Shown here: positions 22,265 through 35,700 of the stretch, one piece after another
Numbering within the stretch: the first letter of the stretch is position 1
Layout of the letters: the number at the start of each line of letters is the position of its first letter
NCBI RefSeq assembly: GCF_963921235.1
Contig: NC_086108.1
Span: 38,070,001-38,134,000, forward strand
Source: Mobula hypostoma
Taxonomy: Eukaryota
Reading direction: 5' to 3'
DNA length: 64,000 nucleotides
The notes under the pieces: generated by a model
Seen by the model: only the letters and a program-made list of their open reading frames with translations
Told to the model about the DNA's origin: nothing
The model's database searches: none
Position numbers and translations under genes: made by a program

Positions 22265-25125
22265 GTAATAAGGTGGATGAATTGAAAGTGCAGATTGTTA
22301 TTAATGATTATGATATAGTTGGGATCACAGAGACATGGCTCCAGGGTGACCAGGGATGGGAGCTCAACGTTCAGGGATATTCAATATTCAGGAGGGATAG
22401 ACGTGAAGGAAGGGGAGGTGGGGTGGCGTTGCTGGTTAAAGAAGAGATTAACGCAATAGAAAGGAAGGACAGAAGCCGGGAAGATGTGGAATCGATATGG
22501 GTAGAGCTGCGTAACACTAAGGGGCAGAAGACGCTGGTGGGAGTTGTCCACAGGCCACCTAACAGTAGTAGTGAGGTCGGAGATGGTATTAAACAGGAAA
22601 TTAGAAATGTGTGCAATAAAGGAACAGCAGTTATAATGGGTGACTTCAATCTACATGTAGATTGGGTGAACCAAATTGGTAAAGGTGCTGAGGAAGAGGA
22701 TTTCTTGGAATGTATGCAGGATGGTTTTTTGAACCAACATGTCGAGGAACCAACTAGAGAGCAGGCTATTCTGGACTGGGTTTTGAGCAATGAGGAAGGG
22801 TTAATTAGCGATCTTGTCGTGAGAGGCCCCTTGGGTAAGAGTGACCATAATATGGTGGAATTCATCATTAGTATGGAGAGTGACATAGTTAATTCAGAAA
22901 CAAAGGTTCTGAACTTAAAGAGGGGTAACTTTGAAGGTATGAGACGTGAATTAGCTAAGATAGACTGGCAAATGACACTTAAAGGATTGACGGTGGATAT
23001 GCAATGGCAAGCATTTAAAGGTTGCATGGATGAACTACAACAATTGTTCATCCCAGTTTGGCAAAAGAATAAATCAAGGAAGGTAGTGCACCCGTGGCTG
23101 ACAAGAGAAATTAGGGATAGTATCAATTCCAAAGAAGTAGCATACAAATTAGCCAGAGAAAGTGGCTCACCTGAGGACTGGGAGAAATTCAGAGTTCAGC
23201 AGAGGAGGACAAAGGGCTTAATTAGGAAGGGGAAAAAAGATTATGAGAGAAAACTGGCGGGGAACATAAAACCGGACTGTAAAAGCTTTTATAGATATGT
23301 AAAAAGGAAAAGACTGGTAAAGCCAAATGTAGGTCCCCTGCAGACAGAAACAGGTGAATTGATTATGGGGAGCAAGGACATGGCAGACCAATTGAATAAT
23401 TACTTTGGTTCTGTCTTCACTAAGGAGAACATAAATAATCTTCCAGAAATAGTAAGGGACAGAGGGTCCAGTGAGATGGAGGAACTGAGTGAAATACATG
23501 TTAGTAGGGAAGTGGTGTTAGGTAAATTGAAGGGATTGAAGGCAGATAAATCCCCAGGGCCAGATGGTCTGCATCCCAGAGTGCTTAAGGAAGTAGCCCA
23601 AGAAATAGTGGATGCATTAGTGATAATTTTTCAAAACTCGTTAGATTCTGGACTAGTTCCTGAGGATTGGAGGGTGGCTAATGTAACCCCACTTTTTAAA
23701 AAAGGAGGGAGAGAGAAACCGGGGAATTATAGACCGGTTAGCCTAACGTCGGTGGTGGGGAAACTGCTGGAGTCAGTTATCAAGGATGTGATAACAGCAC
23801 ATTTGGAAAGCGGTGAAATGATCCGACAAAGTCAGCATGGATTTGTGAAAGGAAAATCATGTCTGACGAATCTCATAGAATTTTTTGAGGATGTAACTAG
23901 TAGAGTGGATAGGGGAGAACCAGTGGATGTGGTATATTTGGATTTTCAAAAGGCTTTTGACAAGGTCCCACACAGGAGATTAGTGTGCAAACTTAAAGCA
24001 CACGGGGGTAAGGTATTGGTGTGGGTGGAGAATTGGTTAGCAGACAGGAAGCAAAGAGTGGGAATAAACGGGACCTTTTCAGAATGGCAGGCGGTGACTA
24101 GTGGGGTACCGCAAGACTCAGTGCTGGGACCCCAGTTGTTTACAATATATATTAATGACTTGGATGAGGGAATTAAATGCAGCATCTCTAAGTTTGCGGA
24201 TGACACGAAGCTGGGTGGCAGTGTTAGCAGTGAGGAGGATGCTAAGAGGATGCAGGGTGACTTGGATAGGTTGGGTAGTGGGCAAACTCATGGCAGATGC
24301 AATTTAATGTGGATAAATGTGAAGTTATCCACTTTGGTGGCAAAAATAGGAAAACAGGTTATTATCTGAATGGTGGCCGATTAGGAAAAGGGGAGGTGCA
24401 ATGAGACCTGGGTGTCATTATACACCAGTCATTGAAAGTGGGCATGCATGTACAGCAGGCGGTGAAAAAGGCGAATGGTATGCTGGCATTTATAGCGAGA
24501 GGATTCGAGTACAGGAGCAGGGAGGTACTACTGCAGTTGTACAAGGCCATGGTGAGACCACACCTGGAGTATTGTGTGCAGTTTTGGTCCCCTAAACTGA
24601 GGAAAGACATCTTTGCCATAGAGGGAGTACAAAGAAGGTTCACCAGATTGATTCCTGGGATGGCAGGACTTTCATATGAAGAAAGACTGGATGAACTGGG
24701 CTTGTACTCGTTGGAATTTAGAAGATTGAGGGGGGATCTGATTGAAACGTATAAGATCCTAAAGGGATTGGACAGGCTAGATGCAGGAAGATTGTTCCCG
24801 ATGTTGGGGAAGTCCAGAACGAGGGGTCACAGTTTGAGGATAGAGGGGAAGCCTTTTAGGACCGAGATTAGGAAAAACTTCTTCACACAGAGAGTGGTGA
24901 ATCTGTGGAATTCTCTGCCACAGGAAACTGTTGAGGCCAGTTCATTGGCTATGTTTAAGAGGGAGTTAGATATGGCCCTTGTGGCTACAGGGGTCAGGGG
25001 GTATGGAGGGAAGGCTGGGGCGGGGTTCTGAGTTGGATGATCGGCCATGATCATAATAAATGGCGGTGCAGGCTCGAAGGGCCGAATGGCCTACTCCTGC
25101 ACCTATTTTCTATGTTCTATGTTTC
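22265..25125 (+). mobile_element. CR1 LINE, 5'-truncated, nearly complete ORF2 (young copy)
   Basis: ORF 22273-24369 has APE (ITETW, GDFN, SDH) and RT (FADD); frameshift near 24277; C-terminus 24432-25031; tail ttctatgttctatg. Confidence 0.93.
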
Positions 25126-25240
25126 TCCTGACCTTTGTTTCATGGCCAGCTAGTAAAACCAATCTGAAAGATCCCTTGAATCCAGAGAGTTTGTGCAAGC
25201 AGGGAGTTGCCAAGCAACCATTTCAAATCAAAAAGCTTAC

Positions 25241-25300
25241 CTTATAGCTGAGATAAGCCAACAGCATTGTTTCAAAGAAACTTATCAAGGCCACGGTAAC
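25241..25300 (-). CDS. KCNT2: Internal coding exon (60 bp) of KCNT2, S2 helix
   Basis: tttcctttcag|GTT ACC GTG ... AGC TAT AAG|gtaagc gives VTVALISFFETMLLAYLSYK. Compare KCNT2 [20 protein letters not shown]. Confidence 0.93.
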
Positions 25301-26179
25301 CTGAAAGGAAATAATAGAAATTAATACAATGAGCTATCAGAAGAATTCAGCCTCTGATGTTTTAACTAATCATTAAATAATCTTTTTAAGATATTACAGA
25401 CTATACCGGCAATTCATTCTTAAATGTTGAATTAGGACAAATTCAATATTAACATTGCTGATTTCCAAATTTTACAAGATTATTACAAAAGCCACAAACT
25501 TAAAATTTTATTTTTTAGATAGGGAAAATGGTTATTAATAATTTCTTTAGCAGCCCTTGCATGGCTCTTTGTTAATTTAAGATTCATTAAATCACATTTT
25601 TGTGTTTAGTTACACAGAACTGTTAGTGCAACAGATGTTACAGTCAATGAGCTCCATGGTTTAATAAACACAACATTCTATGATGAGTTTACTCAAAATT
25701 CTACAGTGAAATACACATTTATTTTTAAATCATACTCTGCCTCGCTTTAATATTCCAGTTTCCAGCTAATTTCTTTCATCCTATCACGGAACTGATTTAT
25801 AGAACATACATTTGTTTTTGTACCTGGATTTGCACATTTGGTTGTAAGCTGGGTGACCAGTTAATGTCTCCTTTTGTGATTTAGACAACCTTCAAAATTG
25901 TTTACTTGGGCATTACAAAACCTTCTTCTAAATAACGGTGTTATAAAGTAACAATAATTTGATTGTTGCAACATTCTGACTGAATTCATGCATTTTTCTG
26001 AATTTTGTCAAAATGTTAGATCAATTTACTAATTGGTCTATGAGAAAAAATGCTAGCTGAAATTGTCACAAAAAGTGAATAGGGATAGATATAGTGAACT
26101 CTATTTCCACCTATGGTTAGTGTACATAACAATCTGTCCATCAAACGTTTCATTTAATTAGATTGGGTCACACCAGCAT

Positions 26180-27170
26180 AGATGATATTGCTTCAAGCAC
26201 ACCGGACACAATAGACGACACCAGCAGACTTGCAGGTGAAGTGTTGCCTCACTTGGAAGGACTGTTTGGGGTCCTGAATGGTGGTGAGGGAGGAGGTGTA
26301 TGGACAGGAGAAGCACTTAGGCTGCTTGCAGGGATAGGTGCCTGGAGGGATATTAGTGGGGAGGAATGAATAGATGAAGGAATCACGGAGGGAGTGATCC
26401 CTGCAGAAAGTGGAGAGTGGGGGGAAGTAAAGATATGTTTAGTGGTGGGATCCCCTTGGAGATGAAGTTGCGGAGGATAATGTGTTGGATGCAGTGGCTG
26501 ATGGAATGATAGGTAAGGACAAGAGGGACTCTATCACTATTACAACAGTGGAAGATGGTGTGAGTGCAGATGCACGCGAAATGGCCCCGAGTCCTCGGCT
26601 TTGCTTGTTGCTCGGCGGCTGGAGCAGGGTCGAAGCGCTTGGCCGAGATGGTGTTCGGTGTCGGAGGGCTGGTCGGAAGCTCGAAGTTTTCGGACGGACT
26701 CAGAGTTGGCTGCGGTCGAGTGCTTCCAATGCATCAGCAAGTTGCAGCACTTCCGTCTGTGTGAGATGATGGGGCTATCGGGACTTGAGACATTTTTTTA
26801 CCGTGCCCTTGGTCTGCTCTTTATCAAATTACGGTATTGCTTTGCACTGTTGTAACTATATGTTATAATTATGTGGTTTTGTCAGTTTTAGTCTTGGTTT
26901 GTCCTGTGTTTTCTGTGATATCTTTCAGGAGGAACATTGTATCATTTTTTAATGCATGCATTTCTAAATGACAATAAACGAGGACTGAGTGTCCTCATAA
27001 TCTAAATGGTGGAGAAGCAGGTGAGGGCAGCATCAGTCAAAGAGAGAGGGAAACCCTGTTCTTTAAAGAAAGGGGACATCTGTGATGTCCTGGAATGGAA
27101 AGTCACATTCTGGGAACAGTTGCAGCTGAGGCAAAGAAACAGGAGGCAGGGAGGGAAGAAGTGCAGTCAA
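26180..27170 (-). mobile_element. Penelope-like element fragment, interrupted by the SINE-like copy at 26585-27003
   Basis: Resembles the RT/GIY-YIG linker region of chondrichthyan Penelope-like repeats (recalled). AAATGG is duplicated around the insert. Confidence 0.55.
26585..27003 (+). mobile_element. Non-coding retroposed (SINE-like) repeat, copy 2, 5'-truncated
   Basis: Same 3' end as copies 1 and 3; TSD AAATGG at 26579-26584 and 27004-27009. Confidence 0.78.
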
Positions 27171-27399
27171 GATTTTTGTTTACAGAAGATGGCGGATAAA
27201 GGCATAATCAAGATTTTTCACGAAACTTTGGCTGAGAAAACTTGGTGAAAGGAAGTGGTAAGTAAAACTAAAGCCCAGCAGTTTACTTCAGAATTGAAGA
27301 CCTGTCTCAAGGCAACAAATGGGGTACGGTTGTTGGTCTGCAATGGGAAGGGCTTTGTACAGACCTGGAGCGGGTAAAATCCATAGGCTGATGAGGATT

Positions 27400-29450
27400 G
27401 AGTAAGGGGCGACCGTGGATGACAAGGGAAGTCAAGAACAGTATAAAAATAAAAGAGAGGAAGTATAACATAACAAGGATGAGTGGGAAGCCAGAGGATT
27501 GGGAAACTTTTAAGGAGCAATAGAAGATAACTAAAAAGGCAATACGGGGGGAAAAGATGAGGTACGAAGGTAAACTAGCCAAGAATATCGAGGAGGATAG
27601 TTAGAGCTTCTTTAGGTATGTGAAGAGAAAAAAGTTAGTTAAGACCAAAGTTGGGCCCTTGAAGACAGAAACGAGTGAAATTACTATGGGGAGCAAGGAA
27701 ATGGCAAACAAGCTGAGAAGGTACTTTGGATCTCTCTTCACTAGGGAAGACACAAACAATCTCCCAGATGTAATAGTAGCCAGAGGACCTAGGGTAACAG
27801 AGGAACTAAAGGAAATTCGCATCAGGCACAAAATGGTGTTGGGTAAACTGACGAGACTGAAGGTTGATAAATCCCCAGGGCCTGATGGTCTGCATCCCAG
27901 GGTACTTAAGGAGGTGGCTCGGGAAATCGTGGAGGCATTGGTAATCATTTTCCAATGTTCTATAGAGTCAGGATCAGTTCCTGTAGATTGGAAGGTAGCT
28001 AATGTTACCCCATTTTTTAAGAAAGGAGGAGGAGAGAAAACAGACAATTATAGATCAGTTAGTCTGACATCAGTGGTAGGGAAGATGCTGGAATCAATTA
28101 CGAAAGATGTATTAGTGGCATATTTGGATAGCAGTGGCAGGATAAGTCCGAGTCAGCATAGATTTACGAAGGGGAAATCATGCTTGACTAATCTTCTGGA
28201 ATTTTTTGAGAATGTGACTATGAAAATGGACATGGGAAAGCCGGTGGATGTAGTGTACCTGGACTTTCAGAAAGCCTTTGATAAGGTCCCATATAGGATG
28301 TTAGTGTGCAAAATTAGAGCAAATGGTATTGGGGGTAGGGTACTGACACGGATAGAAAATTGGTTGGCAGACAGGAAACAAAGAGTAGGGATTAACGGTT
28401 CCTTTTCAGAATGGCGGGCAGTGACTAGTGGGGTTTCGCAAGGCTCGGTGCTGGGATCGCAGCTATTTACAATATACGTTAATGATTTAGATGAAGGGAT
28501 TAAAGGTAACATTAGAAAATTTGCAGATGACACAAAGCTGAGTGGCAGTGTGAAATGTGAGGAGGATGTTATGAGAATACAGGGTGACTTGGACAGGTTG
28601 GGTGAGTGGCAGATGCATGGCAGGTGCAGTTTAATGTGGATAAATGTGAGGTTATCCACTTTGGTAGGAAGAACAGGAAGGCAGATTACTATCTGAATGG
28701 TGTCAAGTTAGGAAAAGGGGAAGTACAACGAGATCTAGGTGTCCTTGTTCATCAGTCACTGAAAGTAAGCATGCAGGTACAGCAGGCAGTGAAGAAAGCT
28801 AATGGCATGTTGGCCTTCATAACAAGAGGAATTGAGTATAGGAGCAAAGAGCTCCTTCTGCAGTTGTACAGGGCCCTGGTGAGACCACACCTGGCATATT
28901 GTGTACAGTTTTGGTCTCCAAATTTGAGGAAGGACATTCTAGCTATTGAGGGAGTGCAGCATAGGTTCACGAGGTTAATTCCCAGGATGGAGCGACTGTC
29001 ATATGTTGAAAGATTGGAGCAACTGGGCTTGTATACACTGGAATTTAGAAGGATGAGAGGGCATCTGATTGAAACATATAAGATTATTAAGGGATTGGAC
29101 ACGCTGGAGGAAGGAAACATGTTCCCGATGTTGGGGGAGTTCGGATCCAGAGGCCACAGTTTAAGAATAAGACATAGACAATTTAGAGTGGAGTTGAGGA
29201 AAAACTTTTTCACACAGAGGGTTGTGGTTCTGTGGAATGCTCTGCCTCAGAAGGCAGCAGAGGCCAAATCTCTGGATTCTTTCAAAAAAGAGTTAGATAG
29301 AGCTCTTAAAGATAGCGGAGAAGGGATATGGGGAGAAGGCAGGAAAACGGTACTGATTGTGGATGATCAGCCATGATCATAGTGAATGGTGGTGCTGGCT
29401 CGAAGGGCTGAATGGCCTACTCCTGCACCTATTGTGTATTGTCTATTGAT
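27400..29450 (+). mobile_element. CR1 LINE, 5'-truncated
   Basis: RT ORFs 27620-28696 (FADD) and 28606-29376; tail tattgtgtattgtctattg. Confidence 0.92.
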
Positions 29451-30337
29451 AGTACAATGGGGTCCTGTTCACACTGTAAGGAACTGACTTTCGTCTATAA
29501 GTCTATTGGGACCTGATGAACCCTTAAAATAGAGAAAACTAAATACAGCTAAGGTTGGAGGAGTTGTAGAAAGAATTAATAATAATTTGAAGACAATTTT
29601 GAAGCATCAAGTCGCAGTCAAAGGCAGTCGAGAAAAGGAGGAATGTGCAGCCAAAATCCAAAAGGGGAAGATGAAGGAAGGAGAAGCGCGGTGTCCGAAG
29701 AAACGACCACATCACTGCACGGTGGAGAGATGCACAAACCTTGGAATTAAAGACTGTCTGCAAAGAAGAATCAAGCTGCAAGGAAGTGCAAGAAGCATAT
29801 CAGGTGAACTTGCTTCTTCGAAAGTGTTTTTCATGTGGATGTGTGCTTTTGTGCAAAATTTTTTAATCCACAACATTTATATGTTTGATCACATTGTATA
29901 CAACATTTACAAATAAGAACAGTAGAACAGTAATGTATTCATTGATGGGAATTTGTTGTGCTTTACAGACAACAGTGCATTTATGAACATATATATTTTG
30001 CCTGCTTTGACTCATCAGACCATGTATGCCTCCGTATCCTGATAAATTGAAGTAGGTGTGTCGGTGCTACCTTAAGTGACTGTCATGTGGTTATGGCTTG
30101 TAATGTTGTTGACATCTTGCAGATAGTTCAGTTGCACACACTGTAATGAAGTGCTTTTAGTCCCGACGGAACCCTTAAATCAACTGAACATAATACAGTC
30201 AAGTTGGGAAGAAATGGAAGGGATGTGGCATGTTATCAAGACAATTTCAAAGTACCATTTCAGAGTAAGATTGTATTAATGGTATCTGATTTTCACAAAA
30301 ATATGTGGTATTTACAGTACTGTACAAAAGTCTTAGG

Positions 30338-30346
<9 letters not shown>

Positions 30347-30396
<50 letters not shown>
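30347..30396. repeat. (TG)n microsatellite
   Basis: Directly visible; preceded by a Tc1-like terminus cagtactgtacaaaagtcttagg. Confidence 0.95.
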
Positions 30397-30398
<2 letters not shown>

Positions 30399-30401
30399 CT
30401 A

Positions 30402-31210
30402 GCAACACACACAAAATTCTGGAGGAACTCACCAGGTCAGGCAGCATCTATGGAAATGAATAAACAGATGATGTTTCAGGCAAAGACCCTTCTTCAGGAC
30501 TGGAAAGGTAGTGGAAGGAGAAATCAATATTTATGAAATCAGGTTGGAGGCTATCCAGGCGGAATATAAGTGTTACTCCTCCACCCTGAGGGTGGCCTCA
30601 TGTTGGCACAAGAAGAGGCCTAGAACTGACACGTTGAAATGGGAATAGGAATCAGAGTTAAAATGTTTGGCCACCGGGGAATCTCACTTGTGGCGGATGA
30701 TGCAGAGGTGCTCGACGAAGCGGTCTCACAATAATTTTTATTCTTGGTGGGGGGAGGGGAAGGAGGATAGCAAGGAGATGATAGATGAGGCCAGGTGGGT
30801 AGGAAAGATAAAGGGCTGGAGAGGAAGAAATCTGATAGGAGATGAGAGTGGACCACAGGAGAAAGGGAAGGTGGAGGTGATAGGCAGGTGAGAAGAGGTA
30901 AGTGGCCAGTGTGGGCAACAGAAGAAGGGGGGGGGGGTGGAGGAATTTTTTTAACAGGGAGAAAATCAGTATTTATGCCATTAGGCTGGAGGCTACCCAG
31001 ATGGGTTATAAGGTGTTGCTCCTCCACACTGAAGGTGACCTCATCTTGGTACAATAGGAAGCCATGGACTGTCATGTCAGAACGGGAATGTGAATGGGAA
31101 TTAAAATATTTGACCACTGGAAAGTTCTGCTTTTGGCAGATGGAGCAGAGGTATTTCATTTGGGTAGGCTCCAACCTGATGGCATAAATATTGATTTCTC
31201 CCTCCTGTAA
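30402..31210 (-). mobile_element. Penelope-like element 3' fragments (GIY-YIG C-terminus and pseudo-LTR), internally duplicated and inverted
   Basis: PVVKYFNSHSHSRSDMTVHG...EEQHLITHLGSLQPNGINTDF; the segment is repeated at about 30518-30730 and 30960-31150, with a short inverted copy at 31153-31205. Confidence 0.7.
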
Positions 31211-31879
31211 AAAAAAGGGGGAGAAGCACCTTACACCTCCTTTGGTAGAGACATATCTCCACACCACCACCAAAACGCATATGCTTCCACAATAATAATT
31301 GATTACCACCTCTGAACTTTCCCTGGCTAATTTCATGTCTCAAGAAATTTACCCAGTAGGTATGACATAATCACCAGGAAGGATACAGCTCAATCCCAAA
31401 TGAGTGCAGTTTGGCTGATCTGTTAGTGTTGACAGCAGAACACAGCATGATATATATCCTGCAAACCTAACTACTGTGCAATTGTAGATGCTGACTGAAG
31501 ACAGTTAAAGATCTTCAAACACCTACTGACAAAACTTGTATACAGTATTAATAATAACAAGCTGAAATCAATAAAGCATGAACATCAGCAGTCAAAAAGC
31601 TTTGCTCAAGTGACAGTAGAAAAATTGGATAGTTAAACTGCAAGAAAATGTATACGAGCTAAAGATAAGAGATAATGGCAGTGGTGGCAAGAAGTGGGGA
31701 AAACAAATGGTCTCTAACTCATTTTCATATCCATTTTTGCAACTAGTTCTCTGCATCCTTGTATGCTGCTTCCTCCTGCTTCTGCAGTGATTCGGTAGAC
31801 ATAATTGTGTAGTTAGTATTCTGACCACAAATGATAGCCTGATTTAAGTGACGGTCACTGTAAGATCTCATAATGTAGA

Positions 31880-32670
31880 TTGATCAAAAGGTTAGAATTC
31901 CAGGGGATCAAAGCAGATTCCTTTAATTATGTAAATATAAGGAGATGGGTTATAAAGGTCGCTGATGCAAAAATTGACGTGCAAAAGGAAGTCATAGACT
32001 ACAGGGAGATTTCAATAGACTAGCAATGAGGCCTTGAAATTGGAGAATGGAACTCAATCTACAGAACTGTCTGGAGGGCAACCTAGGCAAGAGAATACAC
32101 AACCAGCAGCAGAATTCTGAAGATCTACAGAGGAACACAGAGATGTAAAACAAACACAAGACAATAAGGAAAGATAGTTAAGGCGGCATCCAAGATGTTT
32201 TCCTACACCATGTAGACCACAGAATGTAAGACAAGGTACTGTACATCATCTTAAAATTACATAAAACATGAAAGCAGAGTGCTGGTTAGCCCATCACAGT
32301 AAATAAGGAACATGAAAAGGAGACTTAGAAGGATATTGCCAGCGCTGCAGAAGTTCGGTTGTTACCACAATTAGCTAAATTGTGGCTATTTTCTTCAGAA
32401 CACTAGGGGCTTAGAGATTTATTGAAGTGTATAAAATTGAAAGAGGCTTGGATAGGGTAAATGTGTAACATTTTATTTCCCTTCACAGGGTGAGCAGTAA
32501 CTAGGACGAAAAAGGACAAAAGCCACTTCACCCTCTAAATCTTCTATGAGGTTGGGGAAATGTAGTCAGGAAGGATGGTGGCAATGCATTTAGATAAGCA
32601 ATTGCAATGTCATATTCTGCACAATTATGGAACAGGTATTGAAAGGCAAGGTTAGTCTGATGGCTTTTCT
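31880..32670 (+). mobile_element. Highly degenerate CR1 3' fragment
   Basis: Residual similarity to the CR1 RT C-terminus (gctgatgcaaaaattg..., ttattgaagtgtataaaatt). Confidence 0.5.
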
Positions 32671-32719
32671 TTGGCAGGAGAAAGAAAACACTCATCTCAA
32701 ACCTCCGCTACCTTGTGAC

Positions 32720-35700
32720 TCTTCAAGGCTTCAGCAAAGAAAGACTTCAGTCAGAGAAAGCAAAAGAAAGGAAAGGCTCTAGGTTAAGTTTCTTTTTCCT
32801 TCTCTCTTTTATATCTGCTCAGCTAGGACAGTAGAGATGTCAGGCAGGATAGTGGAATGCTCCTCTTGCAGGATGTGGGAAGGCAGGGAAACCTCTGGTT
32901 AGGGGTAGTAGGGTTTGGTTGAACTAACAGAGGAAGGTCACAGTGGTTGGGTCTCTGGCACTGAGTCCGGCTTTGTGACTCAGAAGGGAAGGAGGGAGAA
33001 GAGGCACGCTGTGGTCATAGGGGATACGATAGTTAGGGGCACATACAGGAGGTTCTGAAGATTCCCAGATGGTACGTTGCCTCTCAGGTGCCAGGGATAT
33101 CTTGAGTTGACTTCTCAGCATTCTGAAGTGGGAAGATGAACAGCCAGAATTCGTGGTCCATGTAGGTCGAGTGACAAGGTTCTACACAGAGAGTTCCGGG
33201 AGTTAAGTGCTAAGTTAAAGGGCAGGACCTCAAGGATTGTGATCGCTGGATTGCTACCCATGCCATGTGCTAGTGAGGCCAGAACTAGGACGATTACACA
33301 GTTCAAAATGTGGCTATGGAGTTGGTGTAGGAGGGAGGGCATAACATTTTTGGATCATTGGGCTCTCTTCCAGGGAAGGTGGGACCGGTACAGATGGGAC
33401 AGTTTGCACCTGAACTAGATGGGGATTAACTAACATCCTAGTGGGAAGGTTTCTTAATGCTGTACAGTGGGTTTTAATTTAGAGATGCAGGGGATGGGAA
33501 CCAGAGAGCTAGAACAGTTAGTGGAGAGGTTTTGGAGGCAGATGTTGGTAAGACCTCAGACAAGGTTAGGATTCAAAAGGTTGAGCATGGTGCGACTAGT
33601 GTCCAGAGCTGTGAGGTCCAGACATCGGCCTGCACCCTGCCTTGGGCAGCTGCATCCTAAACTTCCTCTCAGATCGCCGGCAAGTGGTAAGAGTGGACTC
33701 CCTCACCTCTGCCCCTCTGACCCTCAACACAGGTGCCCCTCAGGGCTGTGTACTAAGCCCCTTTCTTTACTCTCTGTATACCCACGACTGTATCGCCACC
33801 CACAGCTCCAATCTGCTTATCAAATTTGCTGATGATTCTACATTGATTGGCCTTATCTCAAATAATAACAAGGTAGCCTACAGAGAAAAAGTCATCACAC
33901 TGACACAGTGGTGACTAAGAAAACAACCTCTCCCTCAATGTCGCAAAAACAAAGGAGCTGGTTGTGGACCACAGGAGGAATGAAGACAGGCTAGCCCCTA
34001 TTGCAATCAATAGATTTGGGGTTGAGAGGGAGGACAGCTTTAAGTTTCTCGGCATACACATCACTGAGGATCTCACGCGTTGTATGGTGAAAAAAGCACA
34101 ACAGCGCCTTTCACCTCAGACGGTTGAAGCAGTTTGGCATGAGTCCCCAAATCCTAAGGACTTTGTACAGGGGCACAATTAAGAGCATTCTGACTGGCAC
34201 TATCACTGCCTGGTATGGGATCTGTACTTCCCTCAATCACAGGATTTTGCAGAGAGTGGTATGGACAGCCCAGCGCATATGTAGATGTGAACTTCCCACT
34301 ATTCAGGACATTTACAGAGAAAGATGCATAAACAAGGCCCAAAGTATCATTAAGGACCTGAGGCATCCCAGCCACAAAAGGTTCCAGCTGTTACCATCCA
34401 GGAAACAGTACTACAGCATAAAAGCCAGGACCAACAGGTTCCAGGACTGCTTCTTCCACCAGGCCATCAGACTGATTAATTCACACTGATTTTTATGCTA
34501 TATTGACTGCCCTGTTGTACATATTATATATTACAAATTACTATAAATTACACATTGCACATTTAGATGGAGATGTAACGTAAAGATCCTCATGTGAAGG
34601 ACATAAGAAATAACGTCAATTCAATTCAATACTTCAATGCAAGAAATATTGTAGGAAAGGCAGGTGATAGTGCAAAAGATGAGGCAGCTGGTATATAAAC
34701 GGGGACAATGTGTCACGAGGAGTGGCTGTTGATAGGACAAAACTGCAGTCAACAGGATATCCTGCAACATAAAAGGCAGACAAAATTGAAAAGGGTTAGT
34801 ACAGGTCTGAAGGTGTGATATTTGATTGTGTGCAGTATAAGGAATAAGGTATATATGAACATGTAGCATAGTTGCAGATTGACAGGTATGATGTTGCAAG
34901 CAACACTAAATCATGGCTAAAAGAAGATTATAGCTGGGAGCTTAATGTCAAAGGATAAACATTGTATAGAAAGGACAGGCAGGAATGCAGAGGGGATGGC
35001 GTAGCTCTGTTGGTAAAAAATGAAATCAAGTCATTAGAAAGAGGTGACATAGAGTCAGAAGGTGTTAAATCATTGTGGATAGAGCTAAGGAACTGCAAGG
35101 GTAAAAAGACTCTGATGAGTTGTGTGCAGACCCCCAAACAGTAGTAAGGATGTGGTCTACTAATTACAACAGGAGATAAAAAAAAATGCATGCCAAAAAC
35201 ACAATGTTACAATAGTCATGAGGGATTTCAATATGCAGGTAGATTGAGAAAATCAGTTTGGTGCTGGATTCCAAGAGGGGGTACTTCTGAAGTGCCCGTG
35301 AAATTGCTTTTTAGTGCAGCTCATAGTTGAGCCCACTGGTGGACCAGATATACTGGATTGTGCGTTGGCAATGAACCAAAATGTTTAGAGAGTTTAAGGT
35401 AAAAGAACCCTTATGGATAAATACTCATAATATGATTGAATTCACCCTGAAATTTGAGAGGAAGAAGCTAAAGTCAGATGTATCAGTATTACAATGGAGT
35501 AAAGGGAATTACAAAGGCATAAGAGAGGAGATGACCAGAATTGATTGGAAAAGAACACTGGCAGGGATGATGGCAGATCAGCAATGGCTGGAATTTCTGG
35601 AAGCAATTTGGAAGGTACGGGATATATACATCCTAAAGAGAAATAAGTATTCTAAAGGGAAGATGGCACAAGCGTGACTAACAAAAGAAGTCAAAACCAA

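Noticed and set aside
22371..23147. 258-aa antisense ORF and similar antisense ORFs over CR1 copies
   Set aside because: Shadow frames of CR1 ORF2 with no independent protein features.
27190..27400. Weak integrase-like peptide (EVVSKTKAQQFTSELKTCLKATNGVR)
   Set aside because: Too short and degenerate to support a call without a search.
30204..30447. ORFs with CVCVCV or THTHTH runs (also 51190-51375)
   Set aside because: Translations of dinucleotide microsatellites.
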